Counted from the stretch's first letter, positions 1 through 13,773 are shown. The stretch: 64,000 nucleotides of DNA from Octopus vulgaris (GCA_951406725.2 OX597841.1:28334001-28398000), one strand, 5' to 3'. Notes: generated by a model not told the origin, from the sequence alone. Made by a program: numbers and translations.

Positions 1-403
1 ATACAATGATGGTGATGATGATGATGATGAGAATATAATACAAGGGTGCTGATAACGATGGTGAAGTGCCGGAGTTCAAAATCTAGGACCCTACAGTAAC
101 TAGGGCAGGTCAAACCTTCACACACACAAAGTTTTCAGGGTGGGCACAAGGTCAATAATTATTTTTTTACATTTTGGCGTTTGCTGGGGTTTTTTTTTCC
201 CCCTTGAGAACACACTCTTTGTGGTAAGGCGATTTGATGTCTATTTCTAGCGCATAGGAATCCACTTTAGTGGTCATTCCTCTTATTAATTATTGTAATA
301 TAATTTTTTAATTTTTGGGATTTTCTTTGAATATGCTAGACCACTGGTGTTTAAATTGATGTTAATTGATTGATATCAATTTCTACCCTCAGTATTTTAA
401 TTT

Positions 404-434
404 TAATATATATATATACATACATACATATGTG

Positions 435-466
<32 letters not shown>

Positions 467-469
467 TAA

Positions 470-500
<31 letters not shown>

Positions 501-678
501 CACATACATATATATAAATACATATAAATATATACATACACATACATATATATAAATACATATAAATATATACATATATATATATATATACATTTATATA
601 CATATATACACACACGTTTATATACATATATACACATATATACATACAAATATACACACACACACATATATATATACT

Positions 679-710
<32 letters not shown>

Positions 711-783
711 TACATACATACATACATATATATATATATACTTATATATATATATACATACACACATACATATATATATACAC

Positions 784-814
<31 letters not shown>

Positions 815-849
815 TATACATACACACATACATATATATATATATACAC

Positions 850-880
<31 letters not shown>

Positions 881-1050
881 TATATACATACATACACACA
901 TACATACATACATATATATATACATACACACATACATACATATATATATATAATACACACATACAAACATATATATATATACATACACACATACAAACAT
1001 ATATATATATATACACATACACACATACATACATATATATATATATGTAT

Positions 1051-1097
<47 letters not shown>

Positions 1098-1125
1098 TAT
1101 ATATACATACACACACACATACTTA
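404..1125. repeat. Compound (TA)/(CA)/(TACA) microsatellite
   Basis: Seen directly. Similar tracts at 3005-3345, 10083-10588, 31905-32830, 46817-46990 and 58170-59400. Confidence 0.95.
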
Positions 1126-1464
1126 TGCATATGTCTATACTTTATTTGTGGATTAACAACACCACCAATGCTTCCGTGTGAAGAGAATTTCCACAATTTC
1201 CAAGCAATGCAATAAAAATTGCTCTGAATGGCCTCCAAAACGGAGGCATTGCTAATCCACAAACAAAGCACATTCGTTAACCAAAACGCTAATGAGCATC
1301 CATGCCTATTCTTCCATACATACATAGACTAACAGACAGACAGATATAGATATAGATATACACACAGACACACACACACACACACACACAGATACTTAAT
1401 TCCACTTTCCCCAGTATCTGTTTTCGTGGCCTCATTCTGCTTCCGACCTTTGACCTTCAGCCAC

Positions 1465-1632
1465 TCAGAGACCGGGCATGATATAGGCTATGTTGTCCAG
1501 CATCTTGGAGAGAGTGGCACGAGGACATCCGTTGATCTCCGGAAGGGAGGACGTGAGGCAGACGAGCGGACTAAATGCACACAGCATGGAGTCGAGCAGC
1601 ACAGACAGGCTTCCTTGCACGGCGATAAGACC
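1465..1632 (-). CDS. HMGXB4: HMGXB4-like last coding exon ([55 protein letters not shown])
   Basis: ccacag acceptor and TGA stop at 1467-1465. The C-terminus [11 protein letters not shown] is the HMGXB4 family signature. Confidence 0.95.
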   Translation of the reverse strand, partial: GLIAVQGSLSVLLDSMLCAFSPLVCLTSSLPEINGCPRATLSKMLDNIAYIMPGL

Positions 1633-1974
1633 CTGTGGAAATAAAAAAAAATAAAAAGAGATAAGATGGATTATATGTGTATGTGTGTATATAAATATAT
1701 ATTTATCTATCTATCAATCTATCTTTCTACATATATATATATATATATGTAGAAGAATAGATTGATATATATATATTAAACTTTTAATACTTTTTGATAG
1801 TTTAAAAAAAAAATTTTTTTTAAATAAATAAATAAAATAATAATAAATATATATATATACTCTTTTTTACTCTTTTACTTGTTTCAGTCATTTGACTGCG
1901 GGCATGCTGGAGCATCACCTTTAGTCGAGCATCGGTTGTCAAGCAATGCTAGGGGGACAAACACAGACACACAA

Positions 1975-2025
<51 letters not shown>

Positions 2026-2627
2026 TACGACAGGCTTCTTTCAGTTTCCATCTACCAAATCCACTCACAAGGCATTGGTCGGCCCGGGGCTATAGCAGAA
2101 GACACTTGCCCAAGATACCATGTGGTTGGTTAGCAAGCTACTTACCACACAGCCACTCCTGCGCCTACATATATATATATTTAAAATTTATAAGTTTAAT
2201 TTATTAATTTAAATAATTTTTAAAAATTTTAACTTTAATTTAAATATTTTAATTAGATTTTTATATTTTATATTTTTTATATTTTTTAATTAATTTTATT
2301 TCTATGTATTGGCTTATGATTTTCACTGTTTGATTTGCCTAATAGTGGTTTTATCTCTAATTTAATATAATATATATATATATATATATATATACAAGAT
2401 AAGAAAATGGAGAAATACATCTAAATCAAATATCAATTACCAGATAATACTCAATCACATACTTTATTAAACCACCACATAAGAGACTGTAGGGTTAAAT
2501 ATATAAAGCAGAACAAATCAGTGTACATAAAGGAATGTACATAAAAAAGTGTACGTAAAAGAGTAATGTTGTGTATATATATATATATATATAAAGAGAA
2601 CAAGGTGTATGTTATGCCGCAATAATT

Positions 2628-2894
2628 TATGTATAAAAATATATATAAAAATACAAACTGGGACAAGAACGCAAAACATTTAGAAGATGATACAAAAAAC
2701 ACGGACGGGACATTCAAAGCTTTCAATCATCAGTCAAGAACCGGATCATCCTCGCAATTTCGGCTTGCGAGGATGATCTGGTTCTTGACTGAAGATTAGA
2801 GGCTTCGAATGACCCATCCGTTTTTTGTGTCATCTATTTGAATGTTTTGCGTTCTTGTCCCATTTTGTAATTTCATAAATATTTTTTATACATA
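2628..2894. repeat. Inverted repeat with ~130-bp arms and a 7-nt loop in the last HMGXB4 intron
   Basis: ...cagtcaagaaccggatcatcctcgcaa tttcggc ttgcgaggatgatctggttcttgactg... Confidence 0.88.
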
Positions 2895-3268
2895 TATATA
2901 TATTAAAATTATAAATTAGGGTATCTACGAGATACCACCATGCTGAAAATAGCAGCCATGATCTGACTCTAAAACAACCTTAAGTTTTCATATATAAGAG
3001 GAATGACCACACACACACAAACACACACACAAACATGCACACGCAAACACAAACACGCACACAAACTCACACACACACACACAAACACGCACACACAAAC
3101 ACAAACACGCACACAAACTCACACACACACACACAAACACGCACACACAAACACAAACATGCACACAAACTCACACACACACACACAAACACGCACACAA
3201 ACACAAACACGCACACAAACTCACACACACACACACAAACACGCACACAAACACACACACAAACAGAC

Positions 3269-3348
<80 letters not shown>

Positions 3349-3394
3349 CGAGGAAGTTTGATGAGACCATCAAGTCTCTCCGTCCGCCGCTTAC

Positions 3395-3487
3395 CTTGTG
3401 TTCCTGTAATCTCATTCCGATGATGCTGAGGGACTCTCCGAGCAGCTTCAGGTGGGCGGCAGCATCCACGGGTTCCACACCAAAACC
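3395..3487 (-). CDS. HMGXB4: HMGXB4-like coding exon 8 ([31 protein letters not shown])
   Basis: ccaaag acceptor and AAG|gtaag donor. Matches the conserved HMGXB4 D-x-AAHL-x-LLGESLS-x-IG-x-RLQE motif. Confidence 0.93.
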
Positions 3488-5434
3488 CTTTGGAAAACAA
3501 GAACAACAACAACAATAAGCATTATTTTTTTTAATCCTCTACTTGTTTCAGTCATCTGACTGTGGCCCTGCTGGAGCACCACCTTCAAGGGATGTTTTAG
3601 TCAAAGAAATCGACCCCCAGGACTTATTCTTTGTCAGCCTAGTACTAATTCTATCAGTCTCTTTTGCCAAACCACTAGGTTACAGGGATGTAAACACACC
3701 AACACCAGTGGTGGGAGGACGGCAAAGAGACAAATGTATACTCTTTACTCTTTTACTTGTTTCAGTCATTTAACTGTGGCCATGCTGGAGCACCGCCTTT
3801 AGTCGAGCAAATCGACCCCAGGACTTATTCTTTGGAAGCCTAGTACTTTTTCTATCAGTTACTTTTGCCGAACCGATAAGTTACGGGGACATAAACACAC
3901 CAGCATCAGTTGTCAAACAATGCCAGGGGGACAAACACAGACATAAAAACACATACACACACACATATATATATATATATACATTTGTATGACGGGCTTC
4001 TTTCAGTTTCCGTCACTCACATCCACTCACAAGGCTTTGGTCGGCCCGAGGCTATAGTAGAAGGCACTTGCCCAAGGTGCCACGCAGTGGGACTGAACCC
4101 GGAACCATGTGGTTGGTAAGCAAGCAACTTACCACACAGCCACTCCTGCGCTATGGGGATGTAAACATACCAACATCAGTTGTCAAGCGATGATGGGGGG
4201 ACAAACAAAGACACACAAATACATACATATATATATGTGTATGTATACAATGGGCTTCTTTCAGTTTCCGTCTACCAAATCCATTCACAGGGCTTTAATC
4301 GGCCCAAGGTGCCACGGTGCCATGCAGTGGGACTGAACCCAGAACCAAGCAGTAAACAATGTAAGTAGCAGGCATTACTTGTTTTTATCTGCCAAGTTTT
4401 TATCTGCTCAAGGATACGTGTTGCTCGGTCCAGGAATCGAAACCACAATCTTATGATCAGGAGTCCAACACCCTAACCAATAAGCCATGTGTCTCCATCA
4501 CCAGCAACAGCCGTTCAAGAATTTGGACCTGGAGATCTCCATTTCCAGCGACTTCGAGGGCCACCTCCCAGTGATATCAGGGGTGTCAACGAAGAGCCCT
4601 CGACTACAACAAGACAACCAAAGTTTTTTTTTTCTTCCCAAGGTCTGCGGTCTCCTGCCCCTAAGCCCTAGACCTATTTCTTTACTACCCACAAGGGGCT
4701 AAACACAGAGGAGACAAACAAGGACAGACAAACGGATTAAGTCGATTGTATCGACCCAAGTGCGTAACTGGTACTTGATTTATCGACCCCGAAAGGATGA
4801 AAGGCAAAGTCGACCTCGGCGGAATTTGAACTCAGAACATAACGGCAGACGAAATACCTATTTCTTTACTACCCACAAGGGGCTAAACAGAGAGGGGACA
4901 AACAAGGACAGACAAACAGATTAAGTCGATTACATCAACCCCAGTGCGTAACTGGTACTTTATTTATCGACCCCGAAAGGATGAAAGGCAAAGTCGACCC
5001 CAGCAGAATTTGAACTCAGAACGTAACGGCAAACGAAATACCTATTTCTTTACTACCCACAAGGGGCTAAACAGAGAGGGGACAAACAAGGACAGACAAA
5101 CGGATTAAATCGATTACATCGACCCTAGTGCGTAACTGGGACTTAATTTATCGACCCCGAATGGATGAAAGGCAAAGTCGACCTCGGCGGAAGTTGAACT
5201 CAGAACGTAGCGACGGACGAAATACCGCTAAACATTTCGCTAACGATTTTGCCCGCTCCCCTAAGCCCTAGACCATCACCTAATCACCCTTACCCATCTT
5301 GTTGCTTAACGACAACGACAACAACAATCACCAGCACCATTGCCACCTCTCTATAATAATTCCTAAAATAATAAGTCCTCGTCCAACCCATCCCCAGATG
5401 GAAAACTGGGTGTAGAAATCAAATGAACCCTTAC

Positions 5435-5638
5435 CTTATAAGGACTGGTGGCAGTATCATCTGTCGGTGTTTTGATAGTCTTCACCACTCCAGGAACAGG
5501 TGAACTCTTCAGAGTAGCAACTGGGGTCGTTGGAGGGCTGGCTACAGGAGGGACAGGTGCGGTCTTGCCATTGGTTTTACCAGTTCTTATCAGAGTCGAC
5601 CCTTTGCTGGCCGCTTTCTTTGCCTTCTGCTTCCAGGT
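5435..5638 (-). CDS. HMGXB4: HMGXB4-like coding exon 7 (TWKQKAKKAASKG...DDTATSPYK)
   Basis: tgtag acceptor and AAG|gtaag donor, 204 nt, phase 0-0. WKQKA completes the HMG box. Confidence 0.88.
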
Positions 5639-5667
5639 CTACATAAGAGGAGATAAAAGAGAGAATG

Positions 5668-5704
<37 letters not shown>

Positions 5705-5798
5705 GTTTAGCGTCCGTTTTCCATGCTGCCATGGGTTGGGCGGTTTGACTTGGGGGTCTGGGAAGCCAGGAGGCTGCACCAGCCTCCAATCTTAATAA

Positions 5799-7113
5799 TC
5801 TATATATATATAAAGCTTAAGTTGTCTCTGTGTATGGCAGGTTTGGTAGCCTTCAACTAACCGCATGGTTCTTGGTCTCAAGCATTTGTCTTATGAAGAA
5901 AGGCTGAAGACACTCGACCTTTATTCTCTAGAAAAACGACGACGCTGTGGTGATCTCATTCTTGCTCACAACATCATAAGTGGAAAGTATAACCTCTTGA
6001 AAGAGCTGTTCTTCACTCCTGCTCCAGAGCGTCGGCTGCAGGGTCATTCCGAAATGCTCTATCTGCGACAATTTCATCTCAATCGAAGGAGAAGGGCTTT
6101 CTCCATCCGGGTTGCGGATCCGTGGAATAAGCTGCCGGACGATATAGTGAAGATGCCGACGACCGCTCGGTTCAAAGTCTCTCTTGACCAGAAATGGCCT
6201 GAACTCTTTGCATGAACCCCACCCTGTACATAACTCCAACATCATAAGCGGAAAGTGTAACCTCTGGAAAGAGCTGTTCTTCACTCCTGCTCCAGAGCGT
6301 CAACTGCGGGGTCACTCTGAAAAGCTCTACCTGCGACGATTTCATCTCAATCGGAGAGGGGCTTTCTCCGTCCGGGTTGCGGATCCGTGGAATAAGCTGC
6401 CGGACGAGATAGTGAAGATGCCAACGACCACTTGGTTCAAAGTCTCTCTTGACCAGAAATGGCCTGAACTCTTTGCATGAACCCCACCCTGTACATAACT
6501 CCATGTCCCCCTACATGACCTTGCTTTTTGCTTTCTGAGCCAAAAAATTAACTTAACTTAACTTAACACTATCTCCTCCGAGACCCTGTGATGCAAGTTG
6601 ACCAAAATTGAGAGTATGATAGAAGAAGGCTTGCTCTTCATTCCGTAGAAGAAAAAAATCAAATCGGACCATGTTAACACCAAAAATTATTTACATCAAA
6701 AAGGTGCTTTTTTTCTATGAAAATCCCTATTTATTTACTATTTATAAAGCTGAAGTTGTCTGTGTATGGCAGGTTTGGTAGCCTTCAACTAACACTATCT
6801 CCTCCGAGACCCTGCGGCGCAAATTGACCAAAATTGAGAGTATGATAGAAGAAGGCTTGCTCTTCATTCCGTAGAAGATAAAATTCAAATTGGACCATGT
6901 TAACACCAAAAATTATTTACATCAAAAAGGTGCTTTTTTCTATGAAAATCCCTATTTTTTTACCATTGTTTTACTGCTGTGTCGTCATTTTTTTATGTAT
7001 TTCAACCAGAAAAATGTTCACTTAAAGAGAATAACAAACTACATAATGCAAACTTTTTACTTTTCAAAAATTCCAATTCTAAAGGGTCGAAACAAACCCG
7101 AGCAACATCGGGC
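5799..7113 (+). mobile_element. Helitron-like element (second family), interrupted by a LINE
   Basis: 5' TCtatatatatataaagc and 3' cccgagcaacatcggg hairpin (no CTAG seen). The same family occurs on the minus strand at 20050-20420 and 53240-56109. Confidence 0.65.
5862..6566 (+). mobile_element. CR1-type LINE 3' fragment, internally duplicated, with (AACTT)n tail, nested in a Helitron-like element
   Basis: LSYEERLKTLDLYSLEKRR..GDLI...AFSIRVADPWNKLP. The ~265-bp 3' part occurs twice. Confidence 0.88.
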
Positions 7114-7114
7114 C

Positions 7115-7150
<36 letters not shown>

Positions 7151-7411
7151 CCTTTCTACTCTAGGCACAAGGCCAGAAATTTTGGGGGAGGGGCCAGTCA
7201 ATTAGATCAATCCCAGTACGCAACCGATATGTTATTTATTGACCCTGAAAGGATGAAAGGCAAAGTGACCACAACAGCGCTTGAACTCAGAACGTAAAGA
7301 CGGACGAATACTGCTTAGCATTTTGCCGGGTGTGCTAATGATTCTGCCAGCTTGTCACCTTATTAATAATAACAACAACAATAATAATAATAATGATGAT
7401 ATTGGTCTCAC

Positions 7412-7476
7412 CAGTTTCTCTTTTTCAGACAGGCTTTGCCATATTTCTCCAAGTCTTCGACTAATTTGAGCAAAAT
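7412..7476 (-). CDS. HMGXB4: HMGXB4-like coding exon 6, HMG box (DFAQISRRLGEIWQSLSEKEKL)
   Basis: ccag acceptor (phase 1) and CTG|gtgag donor. Canonical HMG-box F-x-x-IS-x-x-LGE-x-W motif. Confidence 0.93.
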
Positions 7477-8811
7477 CTGGAAAAAAAGAATAACCATGAA
7501 TAAAAAAATAAAATCTATTAACCCTATAACATTTGAACCAGCCCAAATATCCAGCCATGCCCAGCCCAAATATTCTACATGTTTTATGTTGAAACTGTTT
7601 TCCAGGTAACCTCTGCTGTTTGATGAACATTGTCTAACATGAAGATGTGCAACATGTCAGAGCCACATCAAGAAGCCAGATGTGCTTTTGCAAGCATTAA
7701 AAAAATCCCCAAACCTATCATCCTCATCATCATTTAACATCCGTTTTCCATGCTAGCACGGGTTGGATGGTTCGACTGAGGTCTGGAAGCCAGGAGGCTA
7801 CACCAGGCTCCAGTCTGATCTGGCAGTGTTTCTACAGCTGGATGCCCTTCCTAACACCAACCATACCGTGAATGTAGTGGGTGCTTTTTAACGTACCACC
7901 GGCACAGGTGCCAGGGGAGGCTGGCAGTGGCCACGATCGGTTGGTGCTTTTTACGTGCCACCGGCACAGAAGCCAGTCAAGGCAGCGCTGGCATCGACCA
8001 CGTTCGGATGGTGCTTTTTACGTGCCACCGCTGCACAGTGCCAGGGGAGGCTGGCAGCGGCCACGATCGGTTGGTGCTTTTTACGTGCCACCGGCACAGA
8101 AGCCAGTCAAGGCAGCGCTGGCATCGACCACGTTCGGATGGTGCTTTTTACGTGCCAGGGGAGGCTGGCAGCGGCCACGATCGGTTGGTGCTTTTTACGT
8201 GCCACCGGCACAGAAGCCAGTCAAGGCAGCGCTGGCATCGACCACGTTCGGATGGTGCTTTTTACATGCCACCGGCACAGGTGCCAGGGAGGCTGGCAGC
8301 GGCCACGATCGGTTGGTGCTTCTTACGTGCCACCGGCACAGAAGCCAGTCAAGGTGGTGCTGGCATCAGCCACATTCGGATGCTTTTTACGTGCCATTGG
8401 CATGAGTATCACAACTACAATTTCCATTTGATATTTATTTTGATGTCGATGTACTTGACTCAATAGGTCTCCTCAAGCACAGCAGGTCGCCCTACGATCC
8501 AAGGTAAGCACAGCAGGTCATTCTGCAATCCAAGGTACTTTTGATGGGCTGGGGCTATGCAAAACTGGTGCAGGAAACTGTCAGTATACCCTTTAGTATT
8601 TAAACAGACTATAGTCTGGCCAAAATATTCTACATGTTTTATGTTCGAAGGGACCAGATTCAGCCTTTCACACTTTCCTAACAATGTCATTCTAAAATAG
8701 GTTGGTGCCATTCAATGATGTGGAACCCAAGGACGTAAGTAAAGAGGGAAGAAAAATGGAAGTAATGTGGGGTTGGTCATAACGGGATTAGACTGAAAGA
8801 TGGCAGCTTAC

Positions 8812-8899
8812 CGAGTTTAGGGTTTTCAGAGAGGACCTTGTTTCTGTAGCTGTTACACCAGAGCATGTAGGCAGTAAGGGCCCGGCGTTTCTTGGCAGG
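8812..8899 (-). CDS. HMGXB4: HMGXB4-like coding exon 5, N-terminal half of the HMG box (PAKKRRALTAYMLWCNSYRNKVLSENPKL)
   Basis: tttcag acceptor and G|gtaag donor. HMG-box helix 1 pattern (TAYMLW). Confidence 0.92.
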
Positions 8900-9392
8900 C
8901 TGAAAAATGAAAAAATTGTTTATTTATATATTTATACATACATTTATACATACATAATGGCGGTGCCCCAGCATGGCCACAGCTCATGAGCTGAAACTAG
9001 ATAAAATAGAAAAAAAAATACATACATACACACACACACACACATCTTTTATCTTTTACTTGTTTCTTTCAGGCTGTGGCCATGCTGGAGTAACACCTTG
9101 AAGAATTTTTAGTTGAATGCATTGGTCCCAGTACTTACATTTCTAAAGCTTGGTAGTTATTCTATTGGTCTCTTTTGCTGAACTGCTAAGTTACAAGGAT
9201 GTAAACACAACAGCACTGGTTGTCAAGCAATGGTGGTGGGCACACACACAAACACATATTTGATGGGATTCTTTCAGTTGCTTATTTCTTTATTACCCAC
9301 AAGGGGCTAAACATAGATGGGACAAACAAGGACAAACAAACGGATTAAGTCGATTACATCGACCCCAGTGCATAACTGGTACTTAATTTATC

Positions 9393-9625
9393 AAGGCGGC
9401 GAGCTGGCAGAAACGTTAGCATGCCAGGCGAAATGCTTAGCGGTATTTCGTCTGCCGTTACGTTGTGAGTTCAAATTCCGCCGAGGTCGACTTTACCTTT
9501 CATCCTTTCGGGGTCGATAAATTAAGTACCAGTTATGCACTGGGGTTGATGTAATCGACTTAATACCTATGTCTGTCCTTGTTTGTCCCCTCTGTGTTTA
9601 GCCCCTTGTGGGTAATAAAGAAATA
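9393..9625 (+). mobile_element. tRNA-derived SINE family B, inserted in an antisense copy of itself with a 15-bp TSD
   Basis: Head ggcggcgagctggcagaa, B box gagttcaaattcc, central cctttcatcctttcggggtcgataaattaagtacc. TSD ggtacttaatttatc at 9378 and 9626. Confidence 0.85.
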
Positions 9626-10172
9626 GGTACTTAATTTATCGACTCCAAAAGGATGAAAGGTAAAGTCGACCTCGGCAGAATTTGAACTCACAACGTAACA
9701 GCAGACGAAATGCTGCAAAGCATTTCGCCCGGCGTGCTAACGTTTCAGCCAGCTTGCCGGGATTCTTTAGTTTCTGCCAACCAAATCCATTTACAAGGAT
9801 TCAATTAAGACAACTACGGTGTCCGCCGCACTACCGTGCCCAATATTGTAAGAAACGAACCGAAGCTCGCGGTGTCGCCCACGTACACACATGGACGTAG
9901 CCGCGAGGCATTATATGTACATTCAGAAAATAAAATTTTTCTTTTCGTTATTTCTTATTTTGTGCTTCTATTAAGCCTCCAAATGTGTCAGATCATTTTC
10001 GTCCACCTTGTATAATCAACACTTATACACTTTTTGTATTCCAACTAGACACAAATTTGTCCAAATATATTCAGGACTTAAATGTGTGTGTGTGTGTTTG
10101 TTTGTGTTAGTGTGTGTGTGTTTATGTGTGTCTTTGTTTGTTTGTGTGTGTGTATTTGTGTGTATGTTTGTT

Positions 10173-10216
<44 letters not shown>

Positions 10217-10310
10217 TGTTAGTGTGTGTGTGTTTATGTGTGTCTTTGTTTGTTAGTGTGTGTGTGTTTGTGTGTCTTTGTTTGCGTGTGTGTGTGTTTG
10301 TTTGTTTGTT

Positions 10311-10353
<43 letters not shown>

Positions 10354-10382
10354 TTTTGTTTGTTTGTGTGTGTGTTTTTGTT

Positions 10383-10467
<85 letters not shown>

Positions 10468-10603
10468 TTTGTTTGTGTGTGTGTGTGTGTGTGTTTGTTT
10501 GTGTGTGTGTGTGTGTGTGTGTTTGTTTGTGTGTGTGTATTTGTGTGTCTGTGTGTTTGTTTGTGTGTGTGTCTGTGTGTGTGTGTGTAGTTAAAATTCC
10601 TAC

Positions 10604-10755
10604 CTTCGTAGCAGTGGGATCTTCTTTCTCCGACGACTTCTTAGATTTCTTGGATTTTTTATCAGAAGACTGTTTCGTTTTCGAGGGGGGACTTGCTAAT
10701 GCATTTTGATCTCCGGCTAAAGCAGCCCCGAGTGTTGGCATTAGAGCTGGAACTT
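10604..10755 (-). CDS. HMGXB4: HMGXB4-like coding exon 4 (EVPALMPTLGAALAG...KKSKKSKKSSEKEDPTATK)
   Basis: tacag acceptor (phase 1) and AAG|gtag donor (phase 0). 152 nt of non-repetitive sequence between two repeats. Confidence 0.8.
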
Positions 10756-10780
10756 CTGTACGCAAAAAGAGGAAAACACA

Positions 10781-12800
10781 ACATAATATAAATGCACATG
10801 CGCACACGCCGTCATCATTTCCACATCCACTTTTCCATGGTCTGACTGGGCCTGATGCAGCCTCCTGGCTTCCCAGACCCCAGTTGAACCGTCCAACCCA
10901 TGCTAGCATGGAAAGCAGATGTTAAACGATGATGATGATGATGATGATGATATTTTTGGCAAAACGTAACATAATATAAATGTACATGCGCACACGCCGT
11001 CATCATTTCCACATCCACTTTCCCATGGTCTGACTGGGCCTGGTGCAGCCTCCTGGCTTCCCAGACCCCAGTTGAACCATCCAACCCATGCTAGCATGGA
11101 AAGCAGATGTTAAATGATGATGATGATGATGATGATATTTTTGGCAAAACGTAACATAATATAAATGCACATGCGCACACGCCGTCATCATTTCCACATC
11201 CACTTTCCCATGGTCTGACTGGGCCTGGTGCAGCCTCCTGGCTTCCCAGACCCCAGTTGAACCATCCAACCCATGCTAGCATGGAAAGCAGATGTTAAAT
11301 GATGATGATGATGATGATGATATTTTTGGCAAAACGTAACATAATATAAATGCACATGCGCACACGCCGTCATCATTTCCACATCCACTTTCCCATGGTC
11401 TGACTGGGCCTGGTGCAGCCTCCTGGCTTCCCAGACCCCAGTTGAACCATCCAACCCATGCTAGCATGGAAAGCAGATGTTAAATGATGATGATGATGAT
11501 GATGATATTTTTGGCAAAACGTAACATAATATAAATGCACATGCGCACACGCCGTCATCATTTCCACATCCACTTTCCCATGGTCTGACTGGGCCTGGTG
11601 CAGCCTCCTGGCTTCCCAGACCCCAGTTGAACCATCCAACCCATGCTAGCATGGAAAGCAGATGTTAAATGATGATGATGATGATGATGATATTTTTGGC
11701 AAAAACGTAACATAATATAAATGTACATGCGCACACGCCGTCATCATTTCCACATCCACTTTCCCATGGTCTGACTGGGCCTGGTGCAGCCTCCTGGCTT
11801 CCCAGACCCCAGTTGAACCATCCAACCCATGCTAGCATGGAAAGCAGATGTTAAATGATGATGATGATGATGATGATATTTTTGGCAAAACGTAACATAA
11901 TATAAATGCACATGCGCACACGCCGTCATCATTTCCACATCCACTTTCCCATGGTCTGACTGGGCCTGGTGCAGCCTCCTGGCTTCCCAGACCCCAGTTG
12001 AACCATCCAACCCATGCTAGCATGGAAAGCAGATGTTGAATGATGATGATGATGATGATGATATTTTTGGCAAAACGTAACATAATATAAATGCACATGC
12101 GCACACGCCGTCATCATTTCCACATCCACTTTCCCATGGTCTGACTGGGCCTGGTGCAGCCTCCTGGCTTCCCAGACCCCAGTTGAACCATCCAACCCAT
12201 GCTAGCATGGAAAGCAGATGTTAAATGATGATGATGATGATGATGATATTTTTGGCAAAACGTAACATAATATAAATGCACATGCGCACACGCCGTCATC
12301 ATTTCCACATCCACTTTCCCATGGTCTGACTGGGCCTGGTGCAGCCTCCTGGCTTCCCAGACCCCAGTTGAACCGTCCCACCCATGCTAGCATGGAAAGC
12401 AGATGTTAAATGATGATGATGATGATGATGATATTTTTGGCAAAACGTAACATAATATAAATGCACATGCGCACACGCCGTCATCATTTCCACATCCACT
12501 TTCCCATGGTCTGACTGGGCCTGGTGCAGCCTCTGGCTTCCCAGACCCCAGTTGAACCGTCCCACCCATGCTAGCATGGAAAGCAGATGTTAAATGATGA
12601 TGATGATGATGATGATATTTTTGGCAAAACGTAACATAATATAAATGCACATGCGCACACGCCGTCATCATTTCCACATCCACTTTCCCATGGTCTGACT
12701 GGGCCTGGTGCAGCCCCCTGGCTTCCCAGACCCCAGCTGAACCGTCCAACCCATGCTAGCATGGAAAGCGGACGTGAAACGATGATGATGATGATGATAA
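10781..12800. repeat. Tandem array, 11 x ~185 bp (unique intron flank plus RTE-type tail)
   Basis: acataatataaatgcacatgcgcacacgccg recurs every ~185 bp. Confidence 0.95.
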
Positions 12801-13261
12801 TATCTTTGGCATTTTGTTTTATCTTTTACTTGTTTCAGACATTAGATTATGGCCATGCTGGGGCACTGCCTAATTTTTTTAGTCGAATAATTGAACCCAA
12901 TAATTACGTTTTTTAAGCCTGGTGCTTATTCTGTCCATCTCTTTTGCCGAACTGCTAAGTTACAAGGACGTAACACACCAACACTGCTTGCCAAACAGTG
13001 GTGTGGGACAAACACAAAAACACACACACACATATAACTATATATATATATATTCTCTTTCTCTTTTTCTCTTTTACTTGTTTCAGTCATTTGACTGCGG
13101 CCATGCTGGAGCACCGCCTTCAGTCGAGCAAATCGACCCCAGGACTTATTCTTTGTAAGCTCAGTACTTATTCTATCGGTCTCTTTTGCCGAACCGCTAA
13201 GTGACGGGGACGTAAACACACCAGGATCGGTTGTCAAGCAATGCTAGGGGGACAAACACAT

Positions 13262-13320
<59 letters not shown>

Positions 13321-13695
13321 TACGACAGGCTTCTTTCAGTTTCCGTCTACCAAATCTACTCACAAGGCATTGGTCGGCCCAGGGCTATAGCAGAAGACAC
13401 TTGTCCAAGGTGCCATGCAGTGTGACTGAACCCGGAACCATGTGGTTGGTTAGCAAGCTACTTACCACACAGCCACTCCTGCGCTATATTGTTCTATATA
13501 TATATATATATATAGAACAATGTGAATAAATAAGCCATGGCATTTGACAGAATAGTCTGAATGCTAAAGGGTTAATGTTTAAAGAAGCCAGATCCAGCCT
13601 CTCGTACCTGTCCTACAATGTCATTCTAAAAATAAGCAACCACATTATCAAAACCTTGAAGCTACAAGATAATGCATGATTAATTCAAAACATTG

Positions 13696-13773
<78 letters not shown>

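Noticed and set aside
351-1325. Long YI/VC/HT-rich ORFs (also at 3003, 10114, 32341, 42997, 58020, 58971)
   Set aside because: They are translations of dinucleotide and tetranucleotide microsatellites.
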